From: Selaginella moellendorffii
Taxonomy: Eukaryota; Plantae; Lycopodiophyta
Assembly: GCF_000143415.4 (NCBI RefSeq)
Contig: NW_003314357.1
Coordinates: 526,644-590,643 of the forward strand
Length of the DNA: 64,000 bases
Reading direction: 5' to 3'
Position 1 is the first letter of the stretch. Each line of letters begins with the position of its first letter. Position numbers and translations under genes: made by a program. Positions 1 through 11,399 of this stretch are shown one piece after another. Under the pieces are notes generated by a model. It searched no databases, had not been told where the DNA came from, and saw nothing but the letters and a program-made list of their open reading frames with translations.

Positions 1-2314
1 GACGGACTTCAATGCCTCCTTCTCTCGAGCTGTTGAGCGGGGACATCCTCATCATCGCAAACCAGATCCATCACCACCGGCACCACCAGGTTCGAATTCA
101 TCACTCAACTCGTTTCTTTCGCTTCTTGGCCAATTCAATATGTCTAATTGCTCTGCTGTCCTCCTGCCACAGAGCACGGGAGTTATGATCAAACTGCATT
201 CTCCGAGGTGAAACTTTAACAGCTTACTCACTTTGTTTATAGTCTTCAGCAGTTGAGACCGTTTGTTTCTGTTGCTCTGTCCCCACGCAGTGTCTGGCTG
301 CTCCCACAAGTCCCCTGTACAACGGAGGTGTTCTCAAAAACCCCGCATTCGACGCGGACCTTCTCGGCTGGTCCCCATTCGGGGGCTGCACTCTCAAGAT
401 CCAGGTCCAAGGCAGGAACAAGTTCCTCGTTGCAACCAATCGGAACGCTGGATTTCACGGCCCCTCACAAGCCCTGGCGAATCTTACGCAGGGGTCCAAG
501 TACACTCTCTCAGGTGCGAAAATCAATGTTGAAAATCGAATCTCTGCTGACAACCAACAAACAACAACATTAACCACCGAAGAAAAAACTCGTGTATACT
601 GATCAATCTCTACCTACTTGGAAAACTTACAGCTTGGTTGCAAGTGAACGGTGGAAGTGATGATACCGCTCCTCTGGTCAAGGCCACCATCAAGGCCAAC
701 GGGCAATACATTTCAGCCGGGAGCGTCGCAGCCAGGAACAAGTGCTGGACGTTCCTGAAGGGAGGATTTATTCCCGAGTTCAATGCTTCATCCGCCACTC
801 TGTACTTCGAGGTGAATTTAACGACCCTGTTTCTCTGTTCTCCGTTACCAAACGTGCGCATTTGGTGTACCAATGTCGTGCAGAGCTCCGATCCGAAGGT
901 TGACATTTGGCTGGACAGTGCCTCGCTTCAGCCCTTTTCAGACGAGGAGTGGAGCAAGCACCAAGATATCAGCATAAAAAAGGTGTGCAAATCGAACAAA
1001 ATGCTAGCTGCTAACCTGTGATGTGCCTGCTGACGTGACAGAGCCGAACCAGATCCGTGACCCTGAGTGTCACGGATTGCAAAGGCCATGGAATCCACAA
1101 TGCAGACATCCAAGTGGAGCAGATCACTGGCGACTTCCCATTTGGCTCAGCAATTGCATCCACAATCCTGGACAACCCGACATATCAAGTAAGCAAAAAA
1201 AAAAATCTAAAAGATACGTTGCTGACTTCGGCGTGCTTGCCAGAAATGGTTCGTGACGCGATTCAACACTGCTGTGTTCGAGAACGAGATGAAGTGGTAC
1301 TCTACGGAGCGGCAACAAGGCAAAGTCTCGTATGAGACGGCCGATAAAATGCTGGATTTCTGCAAAGCCAACAACATTTTGGTCAGAGGGCACAACGTTC
1401 TCTGGAACGATCCACAGTACCAGCCTGGATGGGTGAAAGACTTGAGCGACTCGGAGCTGAGAACCGCCACAATGTCCCGTATAGAGTCCGTCATGAGTCA
1501 CTACGCTGGCAAGCTTCCACAGTGGGACGTTCTCAACGAAATGCTCCACTTCAACTTCTTCGAGAGCAAGCTCGGCAGCAACGCGGCTGTGGAGATCTAC
1601 AAATTCGCCCAGGAGATCGATCCTGAAACAACATTGTTTCTCAACGATTTCAACGTGATCGAGGTACCACAGGACTCGATGAGCTTACCCGACAACTACG
1701 TCCACAGGCTGCTCGAGATGAAAGCCGCAGGAATCAAAAAGCTCGGCATTGGACTGGAGGGACACTTCTCCGGCAAGCCCAATCTCGTTTACATGCGAGC
1801 AGTCCTCGACAAGCTTGCGACGCTGGAGCTCCCAATCTGGCTGACGGAAGTCGATATCATGAACAGTGTTGACAGCGAAAACCAAGTAAGAAGAAACAAA
1901 AGCTCTCACTCACCTCCTCGAGGAGCTACTAATGCCTTGTCTTTTCTCTTTTCTCTTTGTCTGCGATGATCGAAGGCAATCTATCTCCAGCAGGTACTCC
2001 GCGAGGCATTCTCCCACCCAGCAGTGAAAGGAATCGTCCTGTGGACGGCGCTGCATCCCTACGGCTGCTACCGGATGTGCCTGACCGATCAGAACTTCAA
2101 GAACTTGCCCGCTGGAAATACCGTGGACGTTTTCCTCAAGAACATCCGGACAGTGGGGCTGAGCGGCACCACCGATCACGAGGGGAGCTTCAGCTTCCAG
2201 GGATTCCACGGCGAGTACGAGATCTCTGTCACTCACAATCGCACCTCCGTCATCAAGCGCCTGGCGATCGGCCCCGACACGGATTCGCAGACGATTCACG
2301 TGCTCGTCTCGTGA
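1..2314 (+). CDS. Glycoside hydrolase family 10 endo-1,4-beta-xylanase with N-terminal carbohydrate-binding module; multi-exon, 5' end outside window
   Basis: Exon at 291 reads CLAAPTSPLYNGGVLKNPAF (plant GH10 N-terminus). Catalytic motifs FENEMKW, VRGHNVLW, WDVLNEM (acid/base Glu), GIGLEGHF, PIWLTEVD (nucleophile Glu). Last exon ends VLVS-TGA at 2314. Confidence 0.93.
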
Positions 2315-2535
2315 ATCGCATCGATCCCACCGGGCAGAGATCGCGCATTACTTACAAGGGCAGCAAATCGGGTGTCGCGAATCGGTGGCGGCTCCTCCTT
2401 GGAACCAAGAACGTCGCCCCAGCCAGACAAGAAATATAGAAAACCCTGGCGAATATGCCACTAGATATTCCATTCGCAACGGCAATAAGATACCATCGCA
2501 TATTCTTAATTTACATTCAAGCAAAAGTAAGGCCT

Positions 2536-5161
2536 TTAAACATCGGCTGATTTGAGCAGCCTGGTACACACTTGTACGGCCTGTCCTACCGTTAGGAACA
2601 CCCATTCTTCGCCCAGTTCTTCCAGAAACTTGGCAATGTGGAGCTTCTCCATGACATCAGAGCCTGGGTTTGCAATCGCTAGCTGCGAAAAAAAAATCCC
2701 AAGAGTTTCATCAGGATTAAATGGAGAACTTCGATTTACAGCACTCACTTGTAGGCCTCGCTTCCTTAGTATTTTCAGTAGCTCCTCGAACGCATGGATT
2801 CCTGTTGTGTCGATGCTCATAACCGCTGTGAAGTTTGCGAAGCCAAGCAAAGATGAAAGCCTGCCTTGGAGAAGTAAAGCACAAAGTACTTACGTGTTAA
2901 GTCGACGATAACGTATTGCAGTGAGGTTCCGTTGGCTTTCTTGATCACTTCCTCCTCTTCGTTCACGTATCTCAAAACTCTGTTGGGGAAAGCTTTCAGT
3001 AAGGATTCGGAGACAACTTGAACTGTCAAACCTCTCACGGATGTAGTTAGAATTGGAGAAGTAGATGGCGGCATCAATGCGCACAAGAAGAGTTCCTGGG
3101 ATTTTGTATGCTTCGGGATACTGCTGGACGTTGCGATAAACAGTAGTTCCTGGTATGTTTCCCAGAACAGCGGTGTGAGGTCGCGTAACATATAATAAAA
3201 TCTTTGCCATCGAAATGCAGACCTGGGAGAAGTTTCAAACCGGTAAGACAAAATCTCTTTGCGCATCTCAGACTACTCTTACCGCGACGAGAAGGCCAAT
3301 TTCAACGGAGACAAAGACGACACCAAAAAAGGCACCCATACATGCCAGGAAATCAGACTTGTCAATCTTCCATATGAGTTTTGCTGCCTTCAAATCGATG
3401 AGGCTGAGAACTGCTGTTATGATGATCGAAGCCAAGATGCAATTCGGAGTGTAGAAGAATAAAGGTGTCAGAAAACGCAGGACGATCATTACTACTACTG
3501 CCATAACTACGTTTGAGATCGCAGTTTGACAGCCAGAGTTGTAGTTCACTGCCGAGCGAGAGAATGAACCTGAAACAAAATCGATCACTTGTTAAGCAAG
3601 TCACAATCAATAGAGGGTAGTACCCGTAGTAACGTAGGAAGAAGACAATGATCCGATCATATTCATCGACCCGAGAGCTATCATCTCTTTGTTTCCATCA
3701 ATGTGGTAGTCTTTAAGCGCAGCAAACGTTCTTGCTACGGCTATAGCTTCCTGAGAAAATGAAAATGAGAATGTCAATGCGATTGGCCCAGTCTTGTACC
3801 GTTAAAGCGACCAAGCCGGCCACAATGCCAACTTTAACTCCTTTCAGTGCAAGGTCCCCGCTAAAATGAATCAAGTGAGCCGAGGAAGGATTCAGTCCCT
3901 TGTTTATGTGCTTGACCTGAAGTATCAAAATGTAGAACAAAAATAAACGAAGTCCAGCAGCGTACCGTGATAACTCCATGCCTATCAACACGCGTGATTT
4001 TCACGAAAGCTGTCGACAGGATAACTGCAGTCAACGGTGCTATTGCCGAGATCCAAAACCAGCTTTTCTTCCGTTTGCTCTGAAATCCAGCAAAGTTAAG
4101 AAAGACAGAATGAAAGGAACCTCAATCTGACTTACAATAAACTTGGCAGCGAGTAGAAGCACGAGGAAGAAAAGACCGATGAGGATAGTTTGCCAGTTCC
4201 ACTGCATCGCCAAACATTTTTAGTGTGTCCGCAGAAGAAGAAAACGAGAAAAAGGATAGAGAACCTGGTGGGTGTGACTAAAGACGGATTTCAAAACTGA
4301 GACGATGTCAGTCTTCGTAGTGAAGTCCGTGATTCCAAACAGCCCTTTCAACTGTTGCAGGCCAATAGTGATGGCGGCGCCCGCCATGAATCCAACCACA
4401 GCGGCATGAGAAAGGAAGTCTATGATGAATCCCAGCCTGAAATGACGACTGACGTTGTTAGAAACCGTTTTGTCTTCTGTAAACTTAAAGGTCAACCTGA
4501 GGATCCCGAGTCCAGCCTGAATTAGCCCCGCGAAAAACGTCGCAGTGAATGTAAGCTGAAGGTAAGTCGCAAGGTCCTTCTTGTAGTTCACTTCGGCATT
4601 CAGGAGAGTTCCCAAGAGAATCGACACCACAGCAACCGGTCCGACGACGATGTGCCTTGAGCTTCCTAGAACCGCATAAACGAAAGGTGGAATAACATCC
4701 GAGTCTGCAAAACCGAGCTTTAGCCTTTCCATGTCTGGAAGAACACAGGAGATCAAAAGTCAAAAGAGGGAGAACTTACAAAGTCCATACTCGGGCGGGA
4801 GGTGAGCAAGCTTGGCGTAAGCCATTGCCTGTGGAATGCAGAGGCTGGCTATCGTCAAGCCGGAGACAAAGTCTCGCTTGAAGAGGTTGAGCCGGTACTT
4901 TGGCCCCCATTCCAGGATCGGGAAGACGTAGAGAATTGCGAGGACAAACTTCCTCCCTTTGGTCTGGTTCTTGAATTGGAGGAAAGGATCGTCCGGGAAG
5001 AACGTCTCCTTGATCGTATCTTTGATGCCACTGTGGAGCGGAGTGCTAGGAGGAACGCTTACTTTGTGAACAAAAGGGAGTTCTTCCGGGCGCTGGCCAT
5101 CGCTCGGCTTTCGGGCTGCTCGCTCCGAGTCGCTGTCGTCCGTGTGGACTGACCCCGCCAT
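2536..5161 (-). CDS. SULTR/SLC26 sulfate transporter with C-terminal STAS domain (group 1/2-like), multi-exon
   Basis: KETFFPDDPF, DFVSGLTIASLCIPQ, GSSRHIVVGPVAVVS, GFIIDFLSHAAVVGFMAGAA, GSFSRSAVNY, STAS motifs YRNVQQYP and IDTTGIHAFEEL. ATG at 5161, TAA at 2536. Confidence 0.95.
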
Positions 5162-6150
5162 TTGATCGAGCTACAAGCGAGAAGGGATCGACAAACTCCT
5201 CCTAGACCTGGCGCACACGGAGAAAGAGAGTTGAGATTCTCGCTTTCGATGGGTGGACAAGGAAAAAACCAACAAAAGAAGTCATATCATATGCGAAGAC
5301 GCCAAGAGCACTGCCAAGAACAGGAAACGAAATTTCTCAAATGTACGTCCCAGTCGGGAGGTCCACTGAAGCCAGTCTACACACGGCGCCGCCGCGACCT
5401 TTATTTCAACCACACCGACAAAAGAGATCGATCAATCCACGCGATCGACCGATCGATCTCAAAACTATGATCCAATCCATGCATGAGCACTCACCGCGAT
5501 GCCCAAGCCTGCTATGCCAATCGATGACTCGATCGCCTCGAAGCACACGAAGAGATCGTTTGGCGCCTGGCCACAATCTTCCGACAGTGCTATAAATCCC
5601 TTTAGGTCGCAAGATTTTTGTAAAGCCCCGTGTTAGGGTTCTTATAAAGAGGAGAGATTGCCAACTGTGACGAGGACGAAGAGTGAAAGTCGTCGTCCAG
5701 GGCATTCAATGAATCTGGTCACATTGCTGCGATTCAGCTGACTTTACCCTAGAAAAAAAAAGTATTGTTAGTTGGCACGTCAGGCTAAAGTTGCGCAGAC
5801 TTTGCGATATATCAAGCCTCTCCTTTCGGGCAACCAAAGATCATAGTATGGTCCGATTGTGGATATTTTACGAGGGGCGGGGATGACACCAACATTGCGT
5901 CGATCGCTTCCGAAAAGAATGCTACCGACACAACTTGTTAGTTTGTCAATGTTGCGATCGAATCTATGTTGTGTCTTGACATGAATCGATCCGTCACCTT
6001 GGATAAAACGAACCAACACGTAACATCAATGGAATACCGTTAGACTGCGACCGCCAAACTTACGACCGTGGCGACTGCACCACACATTCCGTCTTCGTCT
6101 TCCAGTCACCTGGCCTTTCCTTTCCGGAACTCCAGCTTTAGCGCCAGGAA

Positions 6151-6176
6151 CAAAAAAAAAAAAAAAAAAAAAAAAA
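6151..6176. repeat. Poly(A) tract, about 26 nt
   Basis: Seen directly in sequence. Confidence 0.9.
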
Positions 6177-6265
6177 CATCCTCGTTTGCATGCCTTCCTC
6201 GATCTTCGGCTCTAAGTACCAATCTCTGCATGCGCGCTTGATCGATCGAATCCATCGTTCCCAGC

Positions 6266-7798
6266 ATGCCTGCGTCGATCCTGGAAGCTCCTCTTCTCGG
6301 AAGTAATCACCAGGATCACGATCACGATCACGATCACCACCACCACCAGGACGATCTAGAGGAGAACGATCGGTTCCAATCACGCCACCGCCAGAGAGAA
6401 TGCTGCTGCTGCTCCAAGGAATCCCGATCATCGCCCAGTTGCAACTCCATCTCCACCGTCGCAAAGCTCGCCGCTTCCTTCTTCTGCGTCTACAGCGCCA
6501 TGGACGCTCTCTCCGAGTACATAACCTCGCTTCTCCCTGGCCACCTCGGCGACAAGTCCCTGTTCCTCTTGCAAGCATCTCTCTGTGCCTCCACTCTCGC
6601 GGCCCCGACGATCGTCTCCTCCATCGGCGAGCTCCGCTCGATGATGCTGGGCGGCCTGGCTCACGCGACGTATCTGGCTTCGCTCGTCAGGCCAAACCGG
6701 TCCATAGTTCTCGGCTCCAGCGTCCTGTGTGGCTTTGGAGCGAGCTTGACTTGGGTCGCGCAGGGAACCTTTCTCACCAAGTGTACGCCACCTTCCAAGC
6801 GCGGCCTCTTCACCGGAGTCTTCTGGGGGATCTGCTCGCTCTCCAGCATCGTTGGAAACTTGGCGGCGTTCATGGTCTTCAGGTTTCTCTCCCAGTCGGC
6901 GATGTTCGGCCTGGGAAGCGTCAGTGCGACCGTCGGTGTTCTCGTTTTGCTCTTGGTCGATGATGTTGAGCCTTCCAGTCGAGCGGCAAGTGATGATCTT
7001 GACAAAGTTGGTCACCGGGTTGACAAAGCCGAAGTCTCTGGCGGTGGTGAAGAGAAAGTTGACGAAGAGTCGATCAAGTGTTCCGCCTGCTTGGAGGATC
7101 TGGACCAAGACGTAGAGAAAAGCCGGACCTGGCGGACGCTGCTCCCCTTCGTTCTTCTCTTGCCAATAACTTGCTACCTGGGCTGCCAAACAGCGTTTTG
7201 GAGTGGCGAGTTCACCAAGCTTTTGCCAGCAAACGCCATCGGAATCGTCCTGTTCTTCACGGGAATCGGTCAAGTGATCGGATCCTTTTTCTTGAGCTGG
7301 TTGTCGGATCTCCTACGTTGTGGGACGCCAACTTTCTTGGTGGGAGCAACAGCCAGTGGAGCAGGACTAATGGCTTGTTTCCCACTCCAAGATCACCGGC
7401 GTATCTCCAGCTACGAGATCGGCTGCTTCTTCGGGATTCCATTCTTGGGAGCACCGCTGCTGGCTTACGTCGCTGGACTTCTCTTTGGAATCGCGGATGG
7501 CGTTCTCACGAGCCATGTCTTCGCCATCACTGCTAGGATCTTCCACGGCCACAAACCCGAGATCTGGGCTGTTTTCAATCTGCTTGGTACCGCTGGCGCT
7601 GCCTCCACCTTTTGGATAGGAATCCTGTTCCCGATCTCCAAAAACTCTGGGATCGCACTTCAAGTCTGGATCCAGCTCGCAGTACTCTTGGTCGGTAGTC
7701 CCCTGTACGTGATCCTTGATCTCTGGTCTTCTGCCAAAGTCGTGAAAAGGCCAGCGCTGGAAAACAAGTCAGTGGTGGCTGTGCCTGTAGCAGCTTGA
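6266..7798 (+). CDS. UNC-93-like / MFSD11-type major facilitator superfamily membrane protein, intronless
   Basis: 510-aa ORF with two blocks of hydrophobic helices separated by an acidic loop; motif GFGASLTWVAQGTFLT...RGLFTGVFWGI...SSIVGNL typical of UNC-93-like proteins. Confidence 0.8.
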   Translation: MPASILEAPLLGSNHQDHDHDHDHHHHQDDLEENDRFQSRHRQRECCCCSKESRSSPSCNSISTVAKLAASFFCVYSAMDALSEYITSLLPGHLGDKSLFLLQASLCASTLAAPTIVSSIGELRSMMLGGLAHATYLASLVRPNRSIVLGSSVLCGFGASLTWVAQGTFLTKCTPPSKRGLFTGVFWGICSLSSIVGNLAAFMVFRFLSQSAMFGLGSVSATVGVLVLLLVDDVEPSSRAASDDLDKVGHRVDKAEVSGGGEEKVDEESIKCSACLEDLDQDVEKSRTWRTLLPFVLLLPITCYLGCQTAFWSGEFTKLLPANAIGIVLFFTGIGQVIGSFFLSWLSDLLRCGTPTFLVGATASGAGLMACFPLQDHRRISSYEIGCFFGIPFLGAPLLAYVAGLLFGIADGVLTSHVFAITARIFHGHKPEIWAVFNLLGTAGAASTFWIGILFPISKNSGIALQVWIQLAVLLVGSPLYVILDLWSSAKVVKRPALENKSVVAVPVAA

Positions 7799-8046
7799 AG
7801 ATGACAGGCAGTAGAAAATGCTTGTACTCTTTCACTAGAAAAGAATCACGGCAAGCGCTAGGAAGCTCGCAGCAAGAGAGATGCACTCTACCTATCCTAG
7901 CAAAAATTTCTAAAGAGAATCCAAAAGGGAGAAGATCGGTGTCACCAATCCTCCATCAAAGACTTAGAAAGAAAAATATTATACATGGATGCAGCGGTCA
8001 TATATCTACACGATGGTGCAATGCAGGCGATCGGCTCACCGGAATT

Positions 8047-8383
8047 TTATTCTGCTGGAGAAGAAGAAGATTTGCGTCGCCGGATCCCTTGCTTGCCACT
8101 GGCGGCATTAGCAGCGAATGCGCCCGGCTTGTAGTATCGCGGCGTGTACTTCTTGCCCTGGATCCGCAATTTTTCCATCTCAGCTAAGATGTGGCTCCTG
8201 GTAAGATCGCTCCTGGCCTCGGCGCCGTCTAGCACTAGCGAAATAAAAAAAATTCCGCGAAATATCGAGCAAGATCCACAAACCTGTGACCGATGAAGGA
8301 GGAACTGGCATACGCACTGCCATGACGACGAAGCACAGTACAAAAATCAGCGCCATGACCAGCAGCGAATCCCTCCTCTCCAT
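8047..8383 (-). CDS. Two-exon small secreted or membrane-anchored basic protein (95 aa), unknown function
   Basis: Exon 8383-8284 (signal-like MERRDSLLVMALIFVLCFVVMAV) + 49-nt GT-AG intron 8283-8235 + exon 8234-8047 joins in frame. Telo-box about 15 nt upstream of the ATG. Confidence 0.6.
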
Positions 8384-8761
8384 CGCCCCCTCGAAACAAA
8401 ACCCTAGACGCGAAGAACACGGGATTGGAATATGCCTCGCGCAAACCGGCTGAACCGGTAACCGGCCGTTACACGACAGGTAGAATGAATATTCGTATGG
8501 ATATTTCCATTTTACCCTACGAATCCGGCCGTTAGGAAACAGGTGGCAGAGAATATTCGTATAGTACGTGATTGCAAAATCTTACCGTTCTACAGTTAAT
8601 GGCTGGAACGCGTAGCGAGTAAAAATATTGATGGTATACCTGTCTCATGAGCTTCAGTTGTTGCGTTGGTTTGCCTTGGGTCTGGGCTTCTTTGTTGTCG
8701 TAGCTAGGGTTTGTGGCGGGGGCGAAGATTTCGCGCAAGCGATGGCGGATTATCGGCAGCG

Positions 8762-10578
8762 ATGAGGTTCTTGGCGATCATGGTGCTGATCCCGGGCGAG
8801 AAGCTGAGAAAGAGGGATTCCGATCAGCATTTCAAGGCGGTAGGAGGCGGCGGCGGAGGAGGAGCGATCTTGTATGGGATGCGAGCGAGGCGCGCGCTTG
8901 TCCTCATGCTCGCGGTGCTGTGTGGATTCATCGTGGTTTTCGGGTGGGAGGGATCGCCGGCAGCGAGTGTGCTCGGATCGAGAGCATGGGGGCCGGGGCT
9001 TCGCCTGGAACTTGGTACGTTTTGTCCAGCTTTTTGGATTCTAGGCTGAGCATTCTTTAGATTTTTTTCTTTCACTGGCATTCATGAATGTAGCTTTGTT
9101 TGCGGGGGCACTCGATCTATCTAGATTCTCCAAATCGATTGCTGTCTCGCACGATGGCAGCATCATGGAGTTGCTAAATAGCACGGTTTCAGGTCGAGCA
9201 AATCTCTCCACCTCGAATTTAAAAATCTAGAACCGCAAAACAAAACAAAAAAAACACACTCCTAGATCTTATAGAATGTTTTCGGTTCTAGCGATTGTTC
9301 CTTTCTCTAAAGTTTGGCTGTTTACTTTTACCCAGAGCTTGCTACAAGGAAAGCGTCTCCTGTTAGGGAAGTTTACAAGCAAGGTACTGAACTACTTAAT
9401 TTGTTTTTCTTTCGTCTTGTCTCTAAACTATTCATTGTTTCAGTTCCACAGTGTGATTACTCAAAGGGAAAATGGTTGAACGACTCGAACAGACCACTTT
9501 ACTCGGGCGAAATGTGCTCGCAGTTTCTTTCCTCGATGTGGGCCTGCAAGGTGCAGGGAAGGAAGGACTTCGATTACGAGAAGTATAGATGGCAACCTCA
9601 AGGATGTGATCTTCCGCCTTTTGATGGCCGGGTTTTTCTCTCAAGGTAAATAATGCTTCTCTAAGTGTGTTCTTCTTCTACTAATAATAAACATCATCCG
9701 ATAACAGATGGAAGAACAAAACAATCGCTTTCGTGGGGGATTCTCTGGGCCGGCAACAGTTTCAGTCACTTTTGTGCATGATAACGCGAGGCAAAGACGA
9801 CATGGTAGCGACCGATGCTGGACAGGAGTATGGTTTCGACAAGCGGCCTACGTGGTCTCTCCGACCAAATGGCTGGGCATACAGGTTCACGGAAACGAAC
9901 ACCACCATCCTCTTCTACTGGTCAGCAAGTCTCTGCAAGATCAAGCTCTACAACGCGACCGATCCGAGCTCGGCTGCGGCGATGCATCTGGACAGGCCGG
10001 TGGATTTCCTCAAGAGGAACGTAGCCCGGATGGATCTGGTGATCCTCAACACGGGACACCACTGGAACTCGGGGAAGATAAACGGGAACAAGTGGGAGAT
10101 GTACGTTGGTGGGAAGAAGGTGGCGCTCAAAGGCTCCCGCTTCGCATCGGTGAGCTACTCGCACCAGTTTGCGGTGAAGAAGGTGGTGAGGTGGCTGGAC
10201 AGGCAGATCGGTGCTAGGCCGGAGCTCCGAGGCGTTCTCACAGCTCTCTCGCCCAGGCACTTCATGAACGGGGACTGGAACTCGGGTGGGCGCTGCGACA
10301 ACATCAAAGCTTTCGGGGTGGACGTCTCAAACAGGCCGTCGAGGGACGTGCTGTCCGAGGAAGCGGTGGCCAACACCAGGGTGGAGCTGTTGAACATCAC
10401 GCACCTCTCACAGTTCCGGGGAGAAGCTCACCTCTCGCGATTCACTGCGAATGCCAGGCCGGGGATCCAGGACTGCTTGCACTGGTGCTTGCCGGGAGTT
10501 CCAGACGTGTGGAACGAGATCCTCAACGCGCAATTGTTGGCCAGGAAGGAGAGAAAAGAGGAGGACGAGGTGCTGTGA
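8762..10578 (+). CDS. Trichome birefringence-like (TBL/DUF231) polysaccharide O-acetyltransferase
   Basis: N-terminal TM, CDYSKGKW, WQPQGCDLPPF, FVGDSLGRQQFQSL (GDS), DCLHWCLPGVPDVWN (DxxH). Start may instead be 8879. Confidence 0.93.
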
Positions 10579-10799
10579 TCGAAGAAGAGACTCCTCGTCT
10601 TTTTCTTTCTTTGTTTTTTTTTGCAGTATAGCTCGAGCGACTCGATTTATCTTGTTTTTTCGATGCTAGAGCTTCGTTCTTAAGGTGATCCACCATGGTC
10701 CTCTGTGATAAAAGATTATCGGGCCTCCTTGGGCGCCCTGGATACCAAGCGCTATCCGGTCACTGGCAAAGAGTTCCAGGAAAGCATTTCCTCCTCCTC

Positions 10800-11380
10800 T
10801 AGATCATTGGAGTCGTCTTCTGGATTCGATTGGTGGATCGATCTTGGCTGCTTGGCTTGTTCTTGGTGGCAATGAATGGGGGAGAACGTTGAGGAAGAAG
10901 CAGACCATCCCGGGGCCGCGAGGATGGCCAGTGCTTGGAGTCTTGACGGAGATGGGAGGCCAAGCCCACCAAAAGTTGGCCAAGGTCGCCGAGAGGTACC
11001 ACGCCAAAGAGCTCATGGCCTTCAGCCTGGGGAACACGAGGACGATCATCACTAGCATGCCGGAAGTGGCACGAGAGCTGCTCAACAGCTCCGAGTTCGC
11101 GGACAGGAGGCCTCTCAAGCAGTCGGCGCAGCAGCTCCTCTTTGGACGAGCAATTGGCTTCGCTCTCTATGGAGATCACTGGCGTAACTTGCGAAGGATT
11201 GCATCCAACTATCTGTTTCCTCCATGCCAGATTGCTGCTCACAAACCATCTCGTCAGGCAGAGACAAGCAGGATGATCGAAGCAATGAGTACCTTTGCAA
11301 CCGACAACCACGGCCTTGTCTGAGTCCGAGACTTTCTCCAGCGAGCTTCGCTTGAAAACATCATCCAGACGATGTTTCTT
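10800..11380 (+). pseudogene. CYP78A-family cytochrome P450 5' fragment
   Basis: IPGPRGWPVLG, LMAFSLGNTR, FADR-RPLKQSAQQLLFGRAIGFA, YGDHWRNLRRIAS. In-frame TGA at 11321 inside V*VRDFLQRASLENI. Homology stops near 11380 with no heme-binding region. Confidence 0.85.
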
Positions 11381-11399
11381 TGATTGATTTTAGATACAG

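Noticed and set aside
6151-6176. Poly(A) as a retroposition tail for the intronless MFS gene
   Set aside because: It lies upstream of the gene, the wrong position for a retrocopy tail.
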